This document shows, piece after piece, positions 60,388 to 64,000 of a DNA stretch of 64,000 bases (position 1 is its first letter; each line of letters starts with the position of its first letter). This stretch comes from Marinicella sp. (GTDB lineage: Bacteria > Pseudomonadota > Gammaproteobacteria > Xanthomonadales > Marinicellaceae): contig OZ246001.1 of NCBI GenBank assembly GCA_965230295.1, forward strand, positions 416,001-480,000. Reading direction: 5' to 3'. Below the pieces are notes generated by a model. The model saw only the letters and a program-made list of their open reading frames with translations. It was not told where the DNA came from and made no database searches. The position numbers and the translations under genes are program-made.

Positions 60388-61040
60388 ATTCAGCGGGTAT
60401 TGGCATGACTTCAAACCGCACGCGACAACGCATGATTGATCGTTTGCGGATGCGCGGCATTGGTGACGAACGCGTATTGATGGCCATGGCACAGGTACCC
60501 AGGCATTTATTCATTGATGAAGCTTTGGCACACCGCGCTTATGAAGACAACGCGCTGCCGATCAAATTCGGCCAAACCATTTCTCAACCTTATGTGGTCG
60601 CTCGGATGACTGAAGAAGTGATCAAACACCAGCACCCTGTTAAAGTACTGGAACTGGGCACAGGATCAGGGTATCAGGCGGCAGTATTAAGCCACTTGGT
60701 TGACCAAGTCTTCAGCATCGAGCGCATTGACAAACTCACCCGCAGTGCCAGACGCCTGTTCATTAAATTGGGCTATCGCAACATCCGCTGTAAAACGGGC
60801 GATGGCTATCAAGGGTGGCCAAATGAAGCCCTTTTCGACATCATCATTTGTACGGCTGCCCCTGAACAAATCCCGTTTGATCTACTGGACCAACTCGAAG
60901 TGGGTGGTAAAATGATTCTGCCTGTGGGTGATCACAGGAAACAAAAACTGGTTGCGATTGTCAAACAAGAACATGGTTATCAGGAAGAGATGTTGGGTGA
61001 TGTTATTTTTGTTCCGTTGTTAGAAGGGGTGGTGCGCTGA
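60384..61040 (+). CDS. pcm: Protein-L-isoaspartate O-methyltransferase
   Basis: Motifs VPRHLF, GQTISQPYVVARM, VLELGTGSGYQAA and GDGYQGW. Confidence 0.97.
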   Translation: MNSAGIGMTSNRTRQRMIDRLRMRGIGDERVLMAMAQVPRHLFIDEALAHRAYEDNALPIKFGQTISQPYVVARMTEEVIKHQHPVKVLELGTGSGYQAAVLSHLVDQVFSIERIDKLTRSARRLFIKLGYRNIRCKTGDGYQGWPNEALFDIIICTAAPEQIPFDLLDQLEVGGKMILPVGDHRKQKLVAIVKQEHGYQEEMLGDVIFVPLLEGVVR

Positions 61041-61970
61041 ATGCACAAGTTATTGATCATTCTTATAGTCTGCTCATTGGTTGCTTGCTCACCCAGACGA
61101 CCTGCCAAAGTCGATGAAGTGGGTAACAAACCGCACCGCAGCCAAACCAAATCCAACTCCAGACACCCGGTCAGAAAAACCCGAAAAACCACTCACAAAG
61201 TGGTCAAAGGCGATTCCTTGTATTCCATCGGGTTTCGTTATCAGAAAGATTATAAAACCCTGGCAGCCATCAACAACATCAAACCGCCTTACCGGATTTA
61301 CCCTGATCAAATCATTAAATTAACCGGTACAGCACCCAACAAAGTGGTGTTTAAACCCAACCAATCGAACAATAAACAAACCGTTTCCAAAGGGGTTCAG
61401 ACCAAGCCCATGGTCAGCACCCAACCCGTGGTCGCGAAAAAAGAACCACCCCAACCCAACAAGACCAAGAACACCCCCAACACCAACACACAGGCCACAG
61501 TTGCTAAACCGAATAACAAACCAACAACCAATTCAACAGCAAATAAACCGGTCAAAAAGCCTGCCAGAAAACCTGTTACAGTCGCCACTCCAAACAACAA
61601 TAACCTGAAATGGTTGTGGCCAACAAAAGGTAAAATCAGAACCACCTTCTTGGCCAGTAACCCGGCGCGCAAAGGCATTTCTATTGGCGGCAACGAAGGA
61701 CAACCCGTCAAAGCAGCTGAAGCGGGTGTGGTGGTCTACAGTGGCAGTGGCCTACTCGGTTATGGTGAGTTGGTGATCATCAAACACAACGAACAATACC
61801 TCAGTGCCTATGGTCACAACAAAAGTCTAAAAGTCAAAGAAGGCCAGGCAGTCAACCGCGGCCAGGTGATTGCGGAATTGGGTTCATCTGGCACCAACGT
61901 CAACAATTTACATTTTGAGATACGCAAAAACGGCAAGCCTGTTAATCCCTTAAATTACGTTAAACCCTAA
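61041..61970 (+). CDS. nlpD: LysM/M23 lipoprotein NlpD
   Basis: Lipobox LVAC, LysM (VVKGDSLYSI), Pro/Thr/Lys linker, degenerate M23 domain (WPTKG..YGHN..LHFEIR); surE-pcm-nlpD order. Confidence 0.92.
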   Translation: MHKLLIILIVCSLVACSPRRPAKVDEVGNKPHRSQTKSNSRHPVRKTRKTTHKVVKGDSLYSIGFRYQKDYKTLAAINNIKPPYRIYPDQIIKLTGTAPNKVVFKPNQSNNKQTVSKGVQTKPMVSTQPVVAKKEPPQPNKTKNTPNTNTQATVAKPNNKPTTNSTANKPVKKPARKPVTVATPNNNNLKWLWPTKGKIRTTFLASNPARKGISIGGNEGQPVKAAEAGVVVYSGSGLLGYGELVIIKHNEQYLSAYGHNKSLKVKEGQAVNRGQVIAELGSSGTNVNNLHFEIRKNGKPVNPLNYVKP

Positions 61971-62089
61971 TCCCGCTATCACTGTATTCCGCCAAAGCAG
62001 CTTAGGATAATCCAACAAATCATTTACTTACGAATGCGGTCGTATTAAACTGTTTCGTTGAGGTCATTTAAAACCTGATCAGTATATTG

Positions 62090-64000
62090 ATGTTTAACAT
62101 TCAGCAAACCAAACCCCAAAAGTGGAGCAGACACTGTTTCTTGTGGCTTACTGTGTTATTAACCGCCACATCATCTTGGGCTGGTATCAAGCCCAGCGGC
62201 CACCCAAATTTCCTCAGCCCGCACTCAAATCCCATAGTCTTGCATAATAACAAACTGTTTGTTGCCAACACCGCCAATGACACCGTAGATGTCATTGACA
62301 CAAATAACCGGCAACTGGTCAAACAAATCAATGTAGGCATCGATCCTGTGGGACTGGCAATCAGACCAGATGGATCACAAGTATGGGTGTCAAACCATGT
62401 TTCAGACTCCATCAGCATCATTGACAACAACCCCGAAAGTCCGAGCTATTTAGTCGTTGTTGCAACCCTGCAGGACTTTGACCCCAACACCAAAGCCACT
62501 CGATTTGATGAACCGGTTGGATTGGCTTTTGCTTCCAATGACAAGGCTTATGTGGCGTTGTCATCTGAAAATCAAGTGGCAGTGGTTGATACACACACTT
62601 ATCAAATCACCAAGAGATTGAACATCACGGCGCAAGACCCCAGAGCCCTTTATGTCAAAAACAATCGCTTGTATGTCATCCCATTTGAATCCAATAATCA
62701 AACTCAGATTTCTGGTTGTGTGGGTGCAATCAGCGGTGGGTTGTGCACCTTTGATGCCACCGAACATGTGGTGACTAATAACAATGTCTTGTCACAAAAC
62801 ATTGTGGTGGATGTGATCAAACACCCAGCTGTTCCGGATCGGGATTTATTTATTTATGACACCAACAATGACCAGCTGATTACCACTGTTAGCGCAGTTG
62901 GCACCTTACTATATGGCATTGCAGTTAATTCTCAGGGGCAGGTCTATGTGACCCAAACCGATGCAAGAAATGACGCCAATGGGGCCACCGGCACATTGGG
63001 AGATGGCTTGCAACAAATGGGCAATCGGGCTTTTTTGAACCAAGTAACAACCATCAATTGTGCTGAAACAAGTTGTCAAGCACCTCAATTCATTGACCTT
63101 GAGCCATTGCCACCTGAAAACCCTGCAAGCGGACAAGCATTGGCAACACCCTTTGCCATTCAAATCAGCAACGATGAAAAGATTTTGGTCATCACCGCAG
63201 CCAGCTCGAACCAGTTGGTAATGCTGGATGCCAGTAACCAACAGATCATCAGCCGGATCGAAGTCGGCAAAGTACCCAGAGGGATTGCTCTGGAACACAA
63301 CAGTGACAACCAATTAACCACTGCCTGGGTTTTGAATGCCGTCGCCAATTCTGTCTCACAGGTAGATATCAGCTCACCACAAAACCCCTTGTTAATCAAC
63401 ACCATCCTATTGGAAGACCCCACCCATCCAGATGTCAAAAAAGGGCGCATGGCATTCAATGATGCCAAGGCATCGACCACAGAAACTTTTGCTTGTGAAA
63501 GCTGTCACCCTGATGGGGGCACAGACCAACTTTTGTGGGTATTGGATACCCCTGTTTGTAATTTACCCGGCTGTGATCAAATTCCGCCTCGCATCACCAT
63601 GCCAATCAGGGGGTTGCGTGACACTGCACCTTACCATTGGGATGGCATACCTGGGGATCCATATGGAGGCATCAACACGGCCAGCATCAATGCCATTACA
63701 CCAGCAAATTGTTCATTGGACGACCCGCAAAGCTGTACGCGTAACCTGGTAGATGGTGGTCTGGCATCAACCATGTGTACAGTCGGCGATTGTCCAACCA
63801 ATGACGAGCATAAAGCCGGCGCATTGGACGCTGAAGACCGTGATGCCATGGCCAAGTTTTTACTCAGCGTACCCTATCCTCCTGCACTTCGACGTGCTTA
63901 TGACAATGTACTCAGCACCACAGCAAAAACCGGTTTCAATTTATTTCATATTCAAGGCGATAACCAAGGCAATCCGACACCGAATGTTTGTGGAGATTGT
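62090..64000 (+). CDS. Secreted YVTN-type beta-propeller fused to a (di-heme) cytochrome c peroxidase-like domain; runs off the window end and is absent from the ORF track
   Basis: Open frame from ATG 62090 to the window end (637 codons): signal peptide, blades LFVANTANDTVDVID and VWVSNHVSDSISIID, FACESCHPDG (CESCH at 63494-63508), RITMPIRGL..APYHWDG, and VCGDC as the last codons. Confidence 0.88.
   Translation, partial: MFNIQQTKPQKWSRHCFLWLTVLLTATSSWAGIKPSGHPNFLSPHSNPIVLHNNKLFVANTANDTVDVIDTNNRQLVKQINVGIDPVGLAIRPDGSQVWVSNHVSDSISIIDNNPESPSYLVVVATLQDFDPNTKATRFDEPVGLAFASNDKAYVALSSENQVAVVDTHTYQITKRLNITAQDPRALYVKNNRLYVIPFESNNQTQISGCVGAISGGLCTFDATEHVVTNNNVLSQNIVVDVIKHPAVPDRDLFIYDTNNDQLITTVSAVGTLLYGIAVNSQGQVYVTQTDARNDANGATGTLGDGLQQMGNRAFLNQVTTINCAETSCQAPQFIDLEPLPPENPASGQALATPFAIQISNDEKILVITAASSNQLVMLDASNQQIISRIEVGKVPRGIALEHNSDNQLTTAWVLNAVANSVSQVDISSPQNPLLINTILLEDPTHPDVKKGRMAFNDAKASTTETFACESCHPDGGTDQLLWVLDTPVCNLPGCDQIPPRITMPIRGLRDTAPYHWDGIPGDPYGGINTASINAITPANCSLDDPQSCTRNLVDGGLASTMCTVGDCPTNDEHKAGALDAEDRDAMAKFLLSVPYPPALRRAYDNVLSTTAKTGFNLFHIQGDNQGNPTPNVCGDC

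Noticed and set aside
62101-63855. Short ORFs listed in the last 2 kb
   Set aside because: All are antisense or off-frame to the long plus-strand ORF starting at 62090, which the track lacks, probably because it has no stop codon in the window.

Overview
A 64-kb, gene-dense chromosomal segment of a Gammaproteobacterium. The gene order (prmB/SCO/psd, aroC-asd-fimV-truA-trpFBA-accD-folC, surE-pcm-nlpD without rpoS) and the secretome style suggest a Marinicella-like, Xanthomonadales-related organism; this is inference. The housekeeping backbone also includes ubiEJB, miaB-ybeZ-ybeY, uvrA, phoB, truD, parC and hemF. It is interleaved with many secreted accessory proteins: S8, M14 and M16 peptidases, an FG-GAP protein, a beta-helix protein, a DUF11-like protein, an esterase, and a beta-propeller/cytochrome c fusion that runs off the window end. 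I found no rRNA, tRNA, CRISPR array, transposase or prophage. Main observations: (1) a short D-x-I-(F/Y)-x-D-(G/D)-F-(E/D) tail ends three unrelated secreted proteins, and a variant follows the signal peptide of a fourth, suggesting an uncharacterised sorting or docking system; (2) a second portable ~130-aa C-terminal beta module is shared by two other secreted proteins; (3) a MITE-like family with GGGCCTGTTAACAC ends lies at three convergent gene junctions, two of them where conserved operons are broken (phoB without phoR, ybeY without ybeX); (4) a hybrid two-component sensor is paired with a small AT-rich secreted-protein gene and 21-bp-period direct repeats; (5) Pho and FNR promoters with textbook geometry, a Fur-like box, a second trpF, and two genes absent from the ORF track.
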